From Octopus bimaculoides (lineage: Eukaryota), in NCBI RefSeq assembly GCF_001194135.2, contig NC_069005.1, positions 33,121,185 through 33,185,184 on the forward strand: a stretch of 64,000 bases of DNA, read 5' to 3'. This document shows, in pieces, positions 38,823-52,320 of this stretch. A program made the translations under genes and the position numbers. Each line of letters starts with the position of its first letter. Within the stretch, counting starts at the first letter, position 1. Under the pieces are notes generated by a model. The model saw nothing but the letters and a program-made list of their open reading frames with translations, had not been told where the DNA came from and ran no database searches.

Positions 38823-41053
38823 TATATGTCAGTAATCCTCACTGGATTTAAAGCAGTATATGTATATCCACATAGAGGGCAGCATATCAGCTGGTTATTG
38901 GGTGTCTATGAAGTTATCTATCATTTTCATGCCATAATCAGGTAAGATAATATACAGGTGAAAGTTTATAGGAGTTAATTAGACAGATCTCTTTGTTCAT
39001 AGGCCTTTTTGGTGTAACTCCTAACATAGTTGACTTGGACGCAACAGTTATGTGGTTTAATTTCTTTGAGAGATCTGTTCACTTTAATGTCTCAAGGCAC
39101 ACTTGTAATTTTTTTTTAATACATAATTACATATTACATTGCTGCATGGTAAGAGGTTTGTTAGGCACAGTTGTGGCTATACATGCATAAATATATTATG
39201 TATTTAAATATGTACATACATAATTCTAGTCTTCCGTAAATTGTTATCCTATGGCATGTAATAACAAAACCTTAAGTGGAAGGCTTTAGTGCCAAGATTG
39301 GAACTTTTATGAAATAAAATCATCAAAACTTTGTTTATTCAAATCCAGTCTAAAAAATTGTGTTCCCTTTACGGTTAAGTAGTCTCATAATTTTTTGGGT
39401 AAGAATGAGCAAGTTTTGAGATATAAATCAGTAAATCAGCAAATTCCTCAATGATGACAGCTGAAAATTTCTGGATATTGGCGACGTTGCATTGGTGCAG
39501 CAAGAATGAGCATTGAGGATGAGAGAAGCATCTGACCCAGGGTGGCAACATCTGACTTAAGAAAGCTTGTGCTGTTATACAGGAGTTTTGTACCTACATC
39601 AATGGGTGACCCCAGGCAGCTCTGGTGTTGTAGTTGAAGGAGCCAAAACATCTAGAGGGCTGCTTTACTGCCTGTTGAGACATCAGTCCTATATTTGGAG
39701 ATGGAGTTTAGCAGCACCCTGAGTACACAAGTGTTTATCCTAGATGTCTCTGCAAGAACTCAGGAACTGTCAAGGCAGGAAATATTGGAGGCCATTCCCA
39801 AAATATTCCTCGGCGTCCTATCCACCAACTTAAATTCATGTTGTAACCATGCACCAGTGATGCTGGCTCCCTTTTTTACCAAGAAATGTATGAACCACTG
39901 TCAAGTAATGTAAGGAATCCAGATCAGAAGTCATCAGTAAACAGCTGGATATAATGATCAGCATTGCCAGTGCTGGAAAAAAAAAAAAAAATGAAAGATC
40001 GAGTTACATTGGAACGGTCCAAATACACAATCTGAGACTAACCAAGCACCATCATTTTATGTTGGTTTTCATCAGAAGTTTTATCTACAGTATAAATCAT
40101 TCGGTTGTGTTGATTGATGGATGCCTCCCTCGACATGAAATGTTGCCTCATCTGGCCAAATAATGTGATCGATAAGCTAAGGATTGTTTCAAAAGAATTT
40201 CACCATTTCCTTGCAGAAGCTCAATGCTGAAAATCATCTTTATTTCCTGTTTATATGTGTCTGTGTTACAGCAAGGTTTGGCTGATATCCAGCTTTAATG
40301 AGCCGTGTTGCATAAAAGATGTTTACAGCGTTGGCTGACATTGTCTTCTGTCCTAACTGACACTGGCCAACCAAGAACATGGTAATCATTAAACTGAGTC
40401 TGTACTCTCCTACTTACGAACCACATCAATCTTTCTTCTCATTGGTTGATCACCTCTGAACTTCTTTCTCTATTATTGTTGAATTGAAATTGGTTATGGA
40501 AATAAGATATTTTTGCTTAACCAGTCTCACACATTTGGGAATACTGTCAATCAATTTACAAATATTTCTAAAATAAAAATGTGTATATATAAACTGCACT
40601 TACTTAGTATTAAACTAACTCTGGTGGGGACTATTACAACTCAATAGTTATTTTACAGTGTTATCATAAAACTACTCCTGATAGATTCCATGTCTATGCA
40701 GTCTTCTCTTACTAGTTCTGCTCATTGGACTTTGACTATGCTGTAGTTCTTAACTTGAAGAATTTTATCAATCAAATTGACCTCATAAATCTGCTACTTA
40801 TTCTGATAATTCTCATTCCACTGAATTGCTAACTTGTGGGGATGTAAACAAACCTACACAGTTGTAGAGCATCAAGGAATAAACACACATGCACACATAC
40901 ACACATGATAGGCTTGTGATAACTTCTGTCTACGAAATTCATTCATAAAGGCATCGGTCAATCCAGGAATATAATAGTAGCCACTTGTCCAAGATGCCAC
41001 GGAGTGGGATACATCCGTAAAGTAAACTTCTTAACCACACAGTTGTACTTTCA

Positions 41054-41100
<47 letters not shown>

Positions 41101-41492
41101 AGAATCAGCTGATGATTCACTCCTAATTATGGCTGTGTGTATGTCTGGTGTCCTTGCTTGACTTGTGTAGTGTTTGCCTGTATTTAAATAAAATGTTAAC
41201 TTGATGATAATGGCCAGAGTTAAATCAGTAAATTATTCCTAACAAATATAACTCTACAGCATTTATTGAATATTTTCTTCTTTCTAGACAAAGTGTGTGT
41301 GTGTGTGTGTGTTTTTATTGAGTGTGACTTCTATGTTTTTTCATGCATGTGGCATATTCAAACTGAATAAGCCAGCAAAATTACGAAATTACTGTCTATT
41401 AAATTATTTTAAATATTACACTCTATATTTGTATTGAGTCCTTTATTCAGTTAATGTTTGTTGATACTGTTTATAAAAACATTTATTTTAAC

Positions 41493-41533
<41 letters not shown>

Positions 41534-41536
41534 CTG

Positions 41537-41575
<39 letters not shown>

Positions 41576-42364
41576 ATAAAATCTTCAAAGAATATTCTGT
41601 GCATTTTGTGTGTGGTCTTTTTGATTGCTAATTTGTGCAAAATTAAGAGTTATTTAATATATTTTTCCCTTAAGAAACCCAATTCATATTTTTAAACATC
41701 AAAAGCCAATAAATTTTTTTTCAAAAATCTCATTTTATTTGATATAACTTTTTAACAGTATTATATTAATTTAAACAGTTTTCAATTTCCATTAATTTGT
41801 GCATGGTGTTGGATTTTTTTTACAAACATTATTTTAAATGGTTTCTAATGATTTTGTCGTCAATTTTTACTAAAAGTCTTACTTACAGAATGGAATACTT
41901 AGAACTACAGTAGCAAATCATGATTTCTCCTATGGAGTAACTATGATCCTGATATCAAATAGGATTTTAAAAACATTAGTTGTTAATTAGGAATTAAATA
42001 TTGGTTTCTTGTCATCCTCTCTCAATAGAAAATTTTATAATTTGAGATACAATTGATTACATTAGTCCTGCTATAAAACTGGTACTTAGTACTGAACCAG
42101 TAAGAGAGTCCCTGTGTGGTTGCACGACCTGCTAGAAATAGTAGCTAATTTTCTCGTTAATCACACAGCCTTTCTACTTAAAATAAAAGGTAGAATGTAT
42201 TGGATCCTTCCGACACTATGTCTGAATAAAAGACAAGACAGTGACAACTGGAACATCTTTAATCGAAGGAATATCTTTTGATCATTGGTCTGCTGCATTA
42301 GAATTTACTTTGGTATAATAAAGCAACAAATGGATCTCTCTCTCTCTCCCCCCCCCTCCCTTAG

Positions 42365-42492
42365 AAATTCTCTTTGCAGCTACATAGTTTGTGTTTAATC
42401 TTACTGCATGAATCCTTGGACAAGTGTTTTTATCATAGCCTTGGTCGTTTTAAACCTTGTTAGTAACACCACTTGGTAAATGGAAGCTGTAC
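42365..42492 (+). mobile_element. Old, diverged SINE family A copy
   Basis: actgcatgaatccttggacaagtgtttttatcatagccttgg...aaccttgttagt...acttggtaaatggaagctg aligns by eye to family A actgcgtggcaccttgggcaagtgtcttctactatagcctcgg...agccttgtgagt...atttggtagacggaaactg. Confidence 0.7.
42408..42475 (+). CDS. Candidate start-codon exon of BLTP2 (exon 42380-42475), embedded in a decayed SINE
   Basis: Acceptor ttctctttgcag| (42378-42379), ATG at 42408, 22 codons MNPWTSVFIIALVVLNLVSNTT plus TG, donor |gtaaat (42476). The phase-2 end joins G44388 to give Trp and keeps the BLTP2 frame. The sequence is SINE-like, so this may be chance. Confidence 0.25.
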
Positions 42493-44387
42493 TGTAGTCT
42501 CTTTCTCTCTTGTTTGCATCTGACAGATGTAAATATCCACAAAAAAAAAAAAAAAAAGAATTGTGCTGCTGTGTTTCATGAATGATGTCCCTTAAGTTAT
42601 GTTAAAGACTACATTGTCACTGTCACCAACAGGAACGCAATGGAGCAGTGATTGACATGTAGGTAATTTGTAAGCAAAGATGCCATTGTTGACCACCAAC
42701 TGAGGTATAAAATAAATAATAACCGTTCTGGATTTTGAATTCTGAAACAAAAACCAGTTGAAAAATTAATCACATTTTACACAGTAGTTAGTGTCTCCAA
42801 TATCCTTGATTAAATAACTACAACGTCATTTAACGTCCATTTTCCATGCTGGCATGGGTTGGACAGTTTGACAGGAGCTGGCAATCTGGAGAGTGACACC
42901 AGGTTCCATCTGTCTGTTTTGGCATGGTTTCTATGGCTGCACGCCTTTCCTAACACCAGCCGCTTTACAGAGTGTACTCGTTATGTGGCACCTGCACAAG
43001 TGCTTTGTATGTGCTACTGGCACATGTTCTGGAAATTTTCTTATGGGATTTGATCTCAGAAACACAAATCATTGAAGCAGATTATACCACAAAGCATTTA
43101 GTCAGTATCTCTATTTTCTTGATCTGATTCTATCTCCTCCCTCCCCCCCTCTCCACTTGTTTCGGTGTTTCAGTAATGGAAGTAGATTAACAAGAAGAGT
43201 GCTAATGGTGTAGAATATTAATAACTAGAATTGCAATACATTCACACCAAATAAAGCAGTAATTGTTGCAGATAACACACTGTTGAGGATTGCTAATTCT
43301 TCAGCATTCATTTCTGTAATTGTGCAACTGCTGCAAGCTTTATGGAGTTGAAAACAACAGCTTAGAACTGCAATTAATATCGCAATATTAATTTTGATGT
43401 CTCTTTATTGTCATGGAGATGTGAGAGATTTTTAAGGTCTCTCTATTAAAGTCAGCCTGTGTAAGACGAGTTTGTGGTGGCTAAGAAAGAATAACCCAGA
43501 AACAACGACAAAGGAGCACATCTCTGTGATGTCATCGTTATCAATGTCGTTGTGAGAGGCTTAATTAATCAGTGATTGCAAAAAAAAAAAAAACATTTCG
43601 AGGGAACTGACATGTAACACTATTCTTCAAATAAGAATTATTTCTTCTTCTATTTGATTCTGTGGAAATGTTTCAGGCTATGTAGCACTGGTAATGGGAT
43701 GTGAGACAAAGAGTGACTTGATGTTTAAATTAAGATGATTGATTTTGCTTTTAAATCTCTATTGATCTAATAAATTCAATCACAATAATGATGATCAAGT
43801 CTTTTAATAAGTCATTTTCCCCATATGAATTAATTAATATATTTAATATTTAATTTTTGTATTAGAGTTGAATTTAAATGAATTTCACTGGTTATNNNNN
43901 NNNNNNNNNNNNNNNNNNNNNNNNNNNNNNNNNNNNNNNNNNNNNNNNNNNNNNNNNNNNNNNNNNNNNNNNNNNNNNNNNNNNNNNNNNNNNNNNNNNN
44001 NNNNNNNNNNNNNNNNNNNNNNNNNNNNNNNNNNNNNNNNNNNNNNNNNNNNNNNNNNNNNNNNNNNNNNNNNNNNNNNNNNNNNNNNNNNNNNNNNNNN
44101 NNNNNNNNNNNNNNNNNNNNNNNNGCTATATTTTGCTTATTCTTCTTATTTTCATATAAACACATCCAGATATCAGACTTAAAAAAAAAATGAGCACTAG
44201 GGTTGATTTCTTCAACTAAACTCTTCAAGATGGGGCCCCATCATCTTCGCAGTCTCATGACTGAAACAAGTAAAAGATGAAAAGATAAATAAATTCAAAA
44301 TTCTGAAAGGGGTTATGAAGCAGACTTATACAATCATTAGTTATTTTTTTTTTTTTTGTTTCTAAAAATTCTGTTTGTCTCTTGCAG

Positions 44388-44514
44388 GTTGTTGGTATGG
44401 TTGATGCAATGGAAGCTCCGCAAACATTTCCAGGCGGAAGTGAAAGTTGGCTGGACAAGTATTTTCAATTTCGGCAAAGTCTATCTTAAATTACCAAAGC
44501 AAGGACTCCGCGTG
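44388..44514 (+). CDS. BLTP2: Internal coding exon near the N-terminus of bridge-like lipid transfer protein 2 (KIAA0100/hobbit)
   Basis: Acceptor tctcttgcag| (AG 44386-44387) and donor |gtaggt (44515). 127 nt = 1 nt + 42 codons: xLLVWLMQWKLRKHFQAEVKVGWTSIFNFGKVYLKLPKQGLRV. Aligns without gaps to the human BLTP2 segment [43 protein letters not shown], recalled from memory (QAEVKVG vs QAELKIG; VYLKL vs VSLKF). Confidence 0.85.
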
Positions 44515-44786
44515 GTAGGTTATTTCTCTTTTCTCTGTTCGAATTTCTGTTTATTTGGCTTTACTTTTTACTTGTTCCCCCCCACCCTTTTTTTTTAGAC
44601 ACAGGCCATGAAACATCGTTACCTTCATATGTAAAATCAAACTTATACACAAGGTATGTGTTGTTAGTTTGTGGGTTGGCTGCAGTTTTCAGGTGGAAGA
44701 GATATTCTCTATGCACCAGGGTGGAGTGAAAAAGGTACTTTTTTCACAGACTTTCGAAATGTGTTTTCAAGAATATATCTTTTATT

Positions 44787-45062
44787 GCGAAATCCTTTAA
44801 AAACAACTGTGCTAAAATCTGAAGTTCTTAAATTTACATCTTCAGGCTCCGTAGCGCACTCAGAATTTTGAATAATGAGTGAAAAATTAATTTATTACAC
44901 ATTTGCTGTTCCTCATTTTATTTTGTACATTCGTTGTTACGAATTGATTTTCTTTAGCGAAATCCTTTAAAAACACAAGAGTGTTAAAATCTCAAGCTCT
45001 ATAATTTATATCTTGAGGCTCTGCAATACACTTGAAATTTCAAAATTATGTGAAATAAATAG
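44787..45062. repeat. Degenerate tandem duplication, period 170 bp
   Basis: gcgaaatcctttaaaaaca...taaaatct...aggctc starts at both 44787 and 44957. Confidence 0.75.
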
Positions 45063-46037
45063 ACTTTTTGACTTTGTTTTCTTTATTATTTTTAATACTA
45101 GGTCACCGAATATATGTGTTACATGAGGTCTAGATTACACATGCATTAAAAAATTGTCAAGATTGTAGCAGAAAAGATAGTTCTTCTCAGGCAAAAGGCT
45201 AGTCAAATCGTGTCCATCTTAGTAGAAACTGATGGATAAAGAAATCAAGCTACATAAACAAATGGCAGCAAAACCGTTCAGAAATTAAATAACACTAACA
45301 TATTCAGTAACAATAATGAATTTGATTTATCCTCAACAATTTTTAGTTTCACCAATTTTGAATATATTGTTCCTGTTTAAAACCTCTTACCTACTTGACA
45401 ATTGCATTTCTAGCTCTGCCTTGAAGGAAGCTTTACTTCTTGGACTCAAGTTTTTGTGTGCAACAATGTTGTTAAACCTCCGTTAACAGCACCATATGCA
45501 GGTCCTTTCCGTTTTCTTTCACACACGGATAAATAAGTTGGTAGAAAGTAGATTGTAGAATGAATATCTTATGATAGGGAGTGGAAACCCAGCAGTTTTA
45601 TTTTTCCAAGAGGGATGTCATAAAGCGATAAGCCTGATGGCTAACAAAAGGATCTGCTTTAGTTGTGTGAATGATTTGCTTTGACATGGAATGTTGTTTT
45701 GAATTTGGTTCCACTAAAACATGTGTCAAATTAATATCAGGATGACCTGATGAAATATGTACTCTGGGGTCCCCTCTTTATGTATCTGCCTCTCACTCTT
45801 CTCCTCACTCTCTCTCTCTATTATGCACACACGTACGCATGCACGCATGCACACGCACACTTCCTATGTCTCTGTTTCATAAACATAATTACAAAAACAA
45901 TTTTATACTCAAACAATTACAGATGTAGCACACAACCCACACAACCAGACAAACTGTCAAAATACACACACTTGCACATACACACTCATTTACTCACCAC
46001 TCACTCTTTTACCCCCTCCCTTCACTCACTCACTGAC

Positions 46038-46102
<65 letters not shown>

Positions 46103-46261
46103 TTATATATACCAATTAACAAATCTATTGTGCTAGGCACCATTCACCCATTATATTGTTACAGAGGAATGTATATTCAGTTGCTTATAATGAAATTATG
46201 TAATAGGACTTTAGGAGGTTAGACATGGAGAGACTCTCATGGCACCTGGCATTGTGATATA

Positions 46262-46439
46262 TGGTGACTGCTTTTGATCTTCTGTGAGCAAGTGAGGCAC
46301 AACTTTTTCTGCAACTCTTTTGCCGGTCAGCAGACTGATGCCTGAGGATCGCATCAAGTGGCTTCTAATGGCGGAATCCTGAACTGCAATGGGTTTGTCC
46401 CACAGAGAACGTTTCCGGTTATTTTGGGGTACCCCTTCG
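46262..46439 (-). mobile_element. Mariner remnant (left TIR plus transposase fragment)
   Basis: TA-CGAAGGGGTACCCCAAAATAACCGGAA is a mariner-type TIR. It is followed by KRVAEKVVPHLLTEDQKQ, equivalent to the WVPHEL linker motif. Confidence 0.75.
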
Positions 46440-48627
46440 TATGTCATAACCAACTGAGTTAACAATGTTGGGCTCGGGTTAAGGTGACCTCACTAGCGCT
46501 GGGACCAGGATAAAATTCACCTGTTACACACTATGTAAAGTGGTTAGTGAAGTGAGCAGACATTGTAGGGTTGAGAGGACCCTTTAGTCTTGTCAAGTAC
46601 ACTTTTGTAAAGTGGTTAGTGTGAGAAAGGTTATCCAGCTGTAGAAATGAGATCTCTGAATGAGATATGGCCCAACCCAAGCCAGCATAGAAAACAACAA
46701 CAACAATAATGATGTTGATGACATTTGGTTTCATTTTATTTCTCCCTTCTAGTATTTAAGTTATAGTTTATAGTGTGTTACGTTATTTATTAGGAGACAG
46801 ACAGACAGAGAGCCACTACTGTTTGAATTGTAGGATCCTCTGCAGTTTAGGTTTAGTCAGAAGTATGACATTAGTCCTTCGTTTATACATGCTGTTAGCC
46901 AAATTAATTGCAATTTTTAAATTATTCATTTTATATTCTATTCAGATCCTTTCATGTATTAATTATGTGCGTGCTATTAATTATGTATGTATATAAAAAA
47001 AATCTGAGATTCAGTGATTTTATTGTTATAATATAATATTGATCTGAATATATAGCAGGAGATTGTTCAACTGTATTATCATAAGAATGACAATGATAGA
47101 GCAGTAATGTGTGATTATAACAACAATGGTCTTAATAATAATAATAATAATAATAATAATGATATAAGCATACTCCGTTTAAGTGACCGACATTCAACAT
47201 GTTTTATTTAACAAGTCACTCTTGAAAACAAACAAATGGATGAACTTCATTTTAAAACGATAGAATACTGTTGTTCTGCCAATGTTTAGCTCCACTTCAG
47301 CCCTAACTAAAGACATTCCAAACAATATATACCAAACTGAAAAAGCTAAGTACTGGAGTCAACTTGTTTGACTAAAACACTTTGAGGCAGTGCTCCAGCA
47401 TGGCCATGATCCAGTGACTGAAACAAGTAATAAACCAAAAGTTAAAAAGAAGATAATTGAAGAAGAAATAAATGAATAAATTGAAACTGATCTCTGGAAT
47501 ACTTCGTGTTCATTGTTTAGACCATTACGTAGAAGATCTGAAAGAAAATTGAGAGAGAGAGATAGAAGAGTGGTTGATTAAATATTTATTGTAATGTTAT
47601 TAACAAACTTCACTTTTAGTAGATTTTGTTTCAATAAAATTTACTTTGATGTGGTATACAATAATTCCTCGACTATCACGGGTGTTATGTCCCCCACTCC
47701 ACCTGTGCGATAGGTGAAAATCCACAAAGTAGAAACAGTATTGTATATTTTTTAAAGTTATTTTTATAATTTGTATATATCTATTTTATTATAAATGCAA
47801 AACAACACCACGGAGGAATCGACGTAAGCTTAAATAATAAACTGCGACAGGTAAACTGCGATATGGTGAGAGATTATTGTACTTTTTTTATTAGTTTCTG
47901 TCATTGGACTGGGGCCATATTGAGGTGCTGTATGCAAGGGTTTTAAGTCTATCATGTTGACCCCTGTACTTATTTGACTCTAGTATACCTTCTATCAATA
48001 CTTGTGTAGTGTCTAAATTCTTACCCTTTGTTTTCTGGTATAAAATGGATGTAACTGTGTATTGTGCTACAGCAGTTTGTATACTTGTAATACACCTTCG
48101 CAGACATACACACACAGTATGCTGTATGCATACATGTATATGCCCACACAAACACATATATAAACAGCTAGCTTCCACACACTTTGTTTAACATAAGATA
48201 GTGGCCAACTCAGGGATACAGCAGAAGACACTTACCCAAAGGACTATGCTGTGGGGTCAAATCTAGAACACTATAGTTGCAAAGGTAACTTCTTAGCCAC
48301 ATGTTTATGCTTGCATTTTTTGTTTTGTTTTTGGTGTGACAGGAATAAAATCAAATCACTTGTATTCTCTAACTCTGTATCCCCAACGCAGTTAACCATG
48401 CCTCTCTCCCCTCTCTCTCTCTTCCTCTCTCCTTCTCTCTCTCTATATATATCCAGAACTGATGTCTAGGATTTGACTGTGTAGATTTCAATTTTCAACC
48501 ACATTTTCTCACCCTTTCCCATGGTTACTTGCAATAAAAATGTCACAGCAACTAAAACCTTCACAGTTAGTTGTAAACTTTGATATAATCTTCAAACTTT
48601 TCAGCTATTTCTTTATTTCTCTTTCAG

Positions 48628-48680
48628 GAAATTGAAAACATTGGTTTAACCAGTTATATTCTGAGCCCTCGCACAATTAG
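48628..48680 (+). CDS. BLTP2: Next coding exon of BLTP2 (53 nt)
   Basis: Acceptor tttctctttcag| and donor AG|gtaaga. Starts in phase 0, matching the previous exon end. Reads EIENIGLTSYILSPRTI(R/S), versus recalled human EIDNLWISSKLLSHDLP, which directly follows the previous segment. No convincing following exon was found before 64000. Confidence 0.85.
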
Positions 48681-50277
48681 GTAAGATGCTTCTTAAAGAA
48701 CACTACAAGTTCCACTTTGATGTAGAATTATGTACACATTAGTTGATCATTACACTGATTAAGTATCTAAATATCCAAACAGAGAATTTAAAATGGTCTT
48801 ATTGTTGGTCAAATTCACAATACGTTAGATATCAAGAAAGTTCATTGATGACTTTGATTAGTTTAATTGCTCTGGTGAGTAAAGAATCTTGTGTTTCGAG
48901 GTGGGGATGGGGATCTTTGTTCTTCATTGGATAATGAAGAAGTGAGAGAGAGAGATGTTACCATTATGGTTGTAAGTTTCTTCCACACTAAAAATGGCTG
49001 AGCTTGGTGGGAGTGGGGAAGAAAGAAAAAAAAAAGACACTAGATTCTTTATTCTTTGTAACAATTGAACTTCACCAAGTTTTCTATGAACTCTTCTCTG
49101 AAGACCATCCTACGTTCCTCAGAGACTACATTTCACCCCATTTAGACATTACAATGTCTGTATTTCATATTTAAAAAGAGAAATTTCTACTGTTTTATAA
49201 TGTTGACAGACATTACCATGTACAATGACACTGATATGACAGTTTTCCTGCCCCTGCATATGTGCATGCATGTGTATGTGTGTGTACATGTGTGTGTATG
49301 TATGCATACGTGTGTGTGTGTGTGCATGTGTGATAGGGTTGCTCTATCATCTTGTTTAACCCTTTTCAGTTTTCCAAATTCTATCATATCATAACTGTAA
49401 TGGGGAAAAAAAGGGTCTTTTTTAACCCACTGTTCATATGCCATTATTTATAGCTTTATCTGCTTCGAGATTCACTGTTCTCAAAAGAATTGTTTCATGT
49501 TCTCAAAGTTTATAAATTCTTATGATGCCATTGATGCTTTTTTTGATTGCGTAAGTTTTGTCTTAGACTTAATTGCTTAACTTCTTTAATATGTAATATA
49601 TATAAAAAATAAATCCATATAAACATAATCTTTAAATCCAGACTATAACAGGTTAGGGTGTTAAAAAGTGACCTGATGATTGCCATTGGCTGTGCACATT
49701 GTGTGGTGTTGTCAATCACTGTAGGAAATATATGATTAGTTTAATTACAAACGGAGATGTCAGAGTTGGTGGTACCTTAAATGGAAGAATCAAAAGCAAA
49801 GGTTTTGTGTACCGACTCCACAGCTATAAACCTGATTAACATCAACTCGTTGTAAATGGGTGGAGCAGAGGAAGCACTGTAAAATTGATGAGTGTTTTCT
49901 TTTAAAGGCATTTCATTTGCCTTTTACATTCTAAGTTCAAATTCTGCCAAAGTCATCTTTGACTTTCATCCTTTCAGGGTTGATAAAATAAATACCAATT
50001 GAGCACTGGGGTCAATTTAATCCATGTAGCCCCTTCCCTAATATTGCTGGCCTTGTGACAAAATTCGAAGTCAGTGAGCTGGCAGAACTGTTTGCATGCC
50101 GAGCAAAATACTTAGCAGTATTTTGTCTGTCTTTATGTTCTGAGTTCAAATTCCACTGGGGTCAACTTTCTCTTTCATTCTTTCAAGGTTGATAAAATAA
50201 GCACCAGTTGAATACTCAGTCAATGTAGTTGACTAACCCCCTCCCCCCAAATTTCAGGTCTTATACCTATGGCAGAA

Positions 50278-50314
<37 letters not shown>

Positions 50315-51524
50315 GTGTGTGTGTGTGTGTGTGTAAGCGAGGATTTGGTTGCAAAATTGATCAAATTAAGGTGTTTTGTAGAATCTCCCTCACTGGCTCA
50401 CGTGATCCTCATTGAAACCAAAAAAAAACCCGAGTTTTTTTTGTTTTTTTTTTTGTTTTGTGTTGGTTGCTAAATGAATGAGATTGAATTGCTTGATGTT
50501 ATTTTAAAGACAGATGGAAGTAAGTGTGTCTCTATTTGAAAGACATTCAGGAGTTTGTTGATAGAGATTTTGATGCTACATTGAGCAGGTCAAGCTACTA
50601 TGGTAGAAGCTTCCTCACAAGCTCTATAACACAGCTAATCTGTTTTTGTTTCGAAAAGAGAACAGTTTGTATTGCATTAAGAAGGTTTATTTTATGATAA
50701 GCAAGCAGCACTATGTCATCTTGTTAATGCATCAAAACTCTCTCTCTCCCTCCTCCTTCTCTTCTGCTATTGTCTTCATGGAGATGATCATTGTTTTAAG
50801 ACTGCTTCTCTAGATGGCGTTCGTTGTCTTTTGGCATGAGTGTGTGCATGAGTGTGTGCATGAGTGTGTGCATGCATGTGTGTGTGTGTTTGTGTGTGTA
50901 CAAGAGACTCTGTGTGTGTGTGAGGAAGTGATTAGATTACGTAATGGTTTGGCTATTGATCACAGCTATCAATAGCCATGATATCTCTCCATCCATCTAT
51001 CTATCTGACTGATGTAAAAGTTGGTTACACACTGGTTGTGTCTGTCTCTGCTAGAAGATGTCACAAATTATTGGGAATTATTGCTCTGTCTATATGTGTG
51101 TGTGTGTGTGTTGGTGAGGAAGAGATTTCCTATTTGAGTGGATGGTGGTGGTGGTAGTGGTGGTGGTGTAGCATGCTGTTTGAATTGCATTTTTTTTCTT
51201 GTCTTCTCCATTTTATTATATTCTATTTTAGTTTTGCAACAGTCTTTAGCTTATATCTGAGACATGGTAGATATTAAAGGAAAATATCAAATCTCCCTCC
51301 TCCTTCCTTAAATGTCTCTTTCCATCCATCACTCCTCTCTCTTACTTTCTTAATTTTTTTCACTCAGTCTCTCTCTCTCTCATGCCACTACATCTCCATC
51401 CTCTGCATTTCTTCTTCTTCTTCTTCCTCTTCTCCTCTTACTCTCCTCTTATTTGTCTCTACCACTCTATCCATGCCTATCTTCCTCTTCCTCTATTTGG
51501 ATCTTTCTCTTTCCTTTTATCTAT

Positions 51525-51586
<62 letters not shown>

Positions 51587-51724
51587 ACTTGTGCACACAC
51601 ACACTTTCTCTCTATCTCTGACATATTACAATAATGCAGTGTATGTTTGCAGAAAATGTATATACATACACACTTAGATGCACACACATGCACATAAATA
51701 TGCATCTACATATACATACATACA

Positions 51725-51756
<32 letters not shown>

Positions 51757-51759
51757 AGA

Positions 51760-51794
<35 letters not shown>

Positions 51795-51992
51795 AAATCT
51801 ATATCTATGTGTCTATAAAAGCTGATTATTGACAGACCCATGAAATCTATTGACTCTCTTATTGTTGTTGTTATGATTGCATTATTAACGAGTAATGCAA
51901 CCCTTTAATAGAAACACACATTAATTACATTGTTATCATTCATACATACACATGAAACACACAAGAGCAGTCAGGCTACAGCAACAATAGGA

Positions 51993-52031
<39 letters not shown>

Positions 52032-52249
52032 AGCTGGTTGGTTGGCGTTAGTGTTATGCAGTTAGCCATACCACCATCACCACCACCACCACCACCACCA
52101 CCACCATCTCCACTGCTGCTGCTACTGTTACCAGCTACCATTATCACCATCACCATATATTCACCACCATCTTATCATATATAATGTCACTCTACCACCA
52201 CCTCTGCAACTACTCCCTACCTACCACCAGCCTCTGTAATAATACTAAC

Positions 52250-52320
<71 letters not shown>

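Noticed and set aside
39440-40460. Possible LINE endonuclease/RT remnants
   Set aside because: Similarity to SDH and LDIS motifs is too weak to call by eye; BLASTX would be needed.
43503-43553. ACAACGACA/TGTCGTTGT inverted repeat as a pre-miRNA
   Set aside because: Only 9 bp plus 5 bp of pairing with a large internal loop; no match to conserved miRNAs I recall.
49741-49830. LITNGDVRVGG as the next BLTP2 exon (cf. GEVRI)
   Set aside because: No polypyrimidine tract, an early stop, no suitable donor, and it lies between repeat elements.
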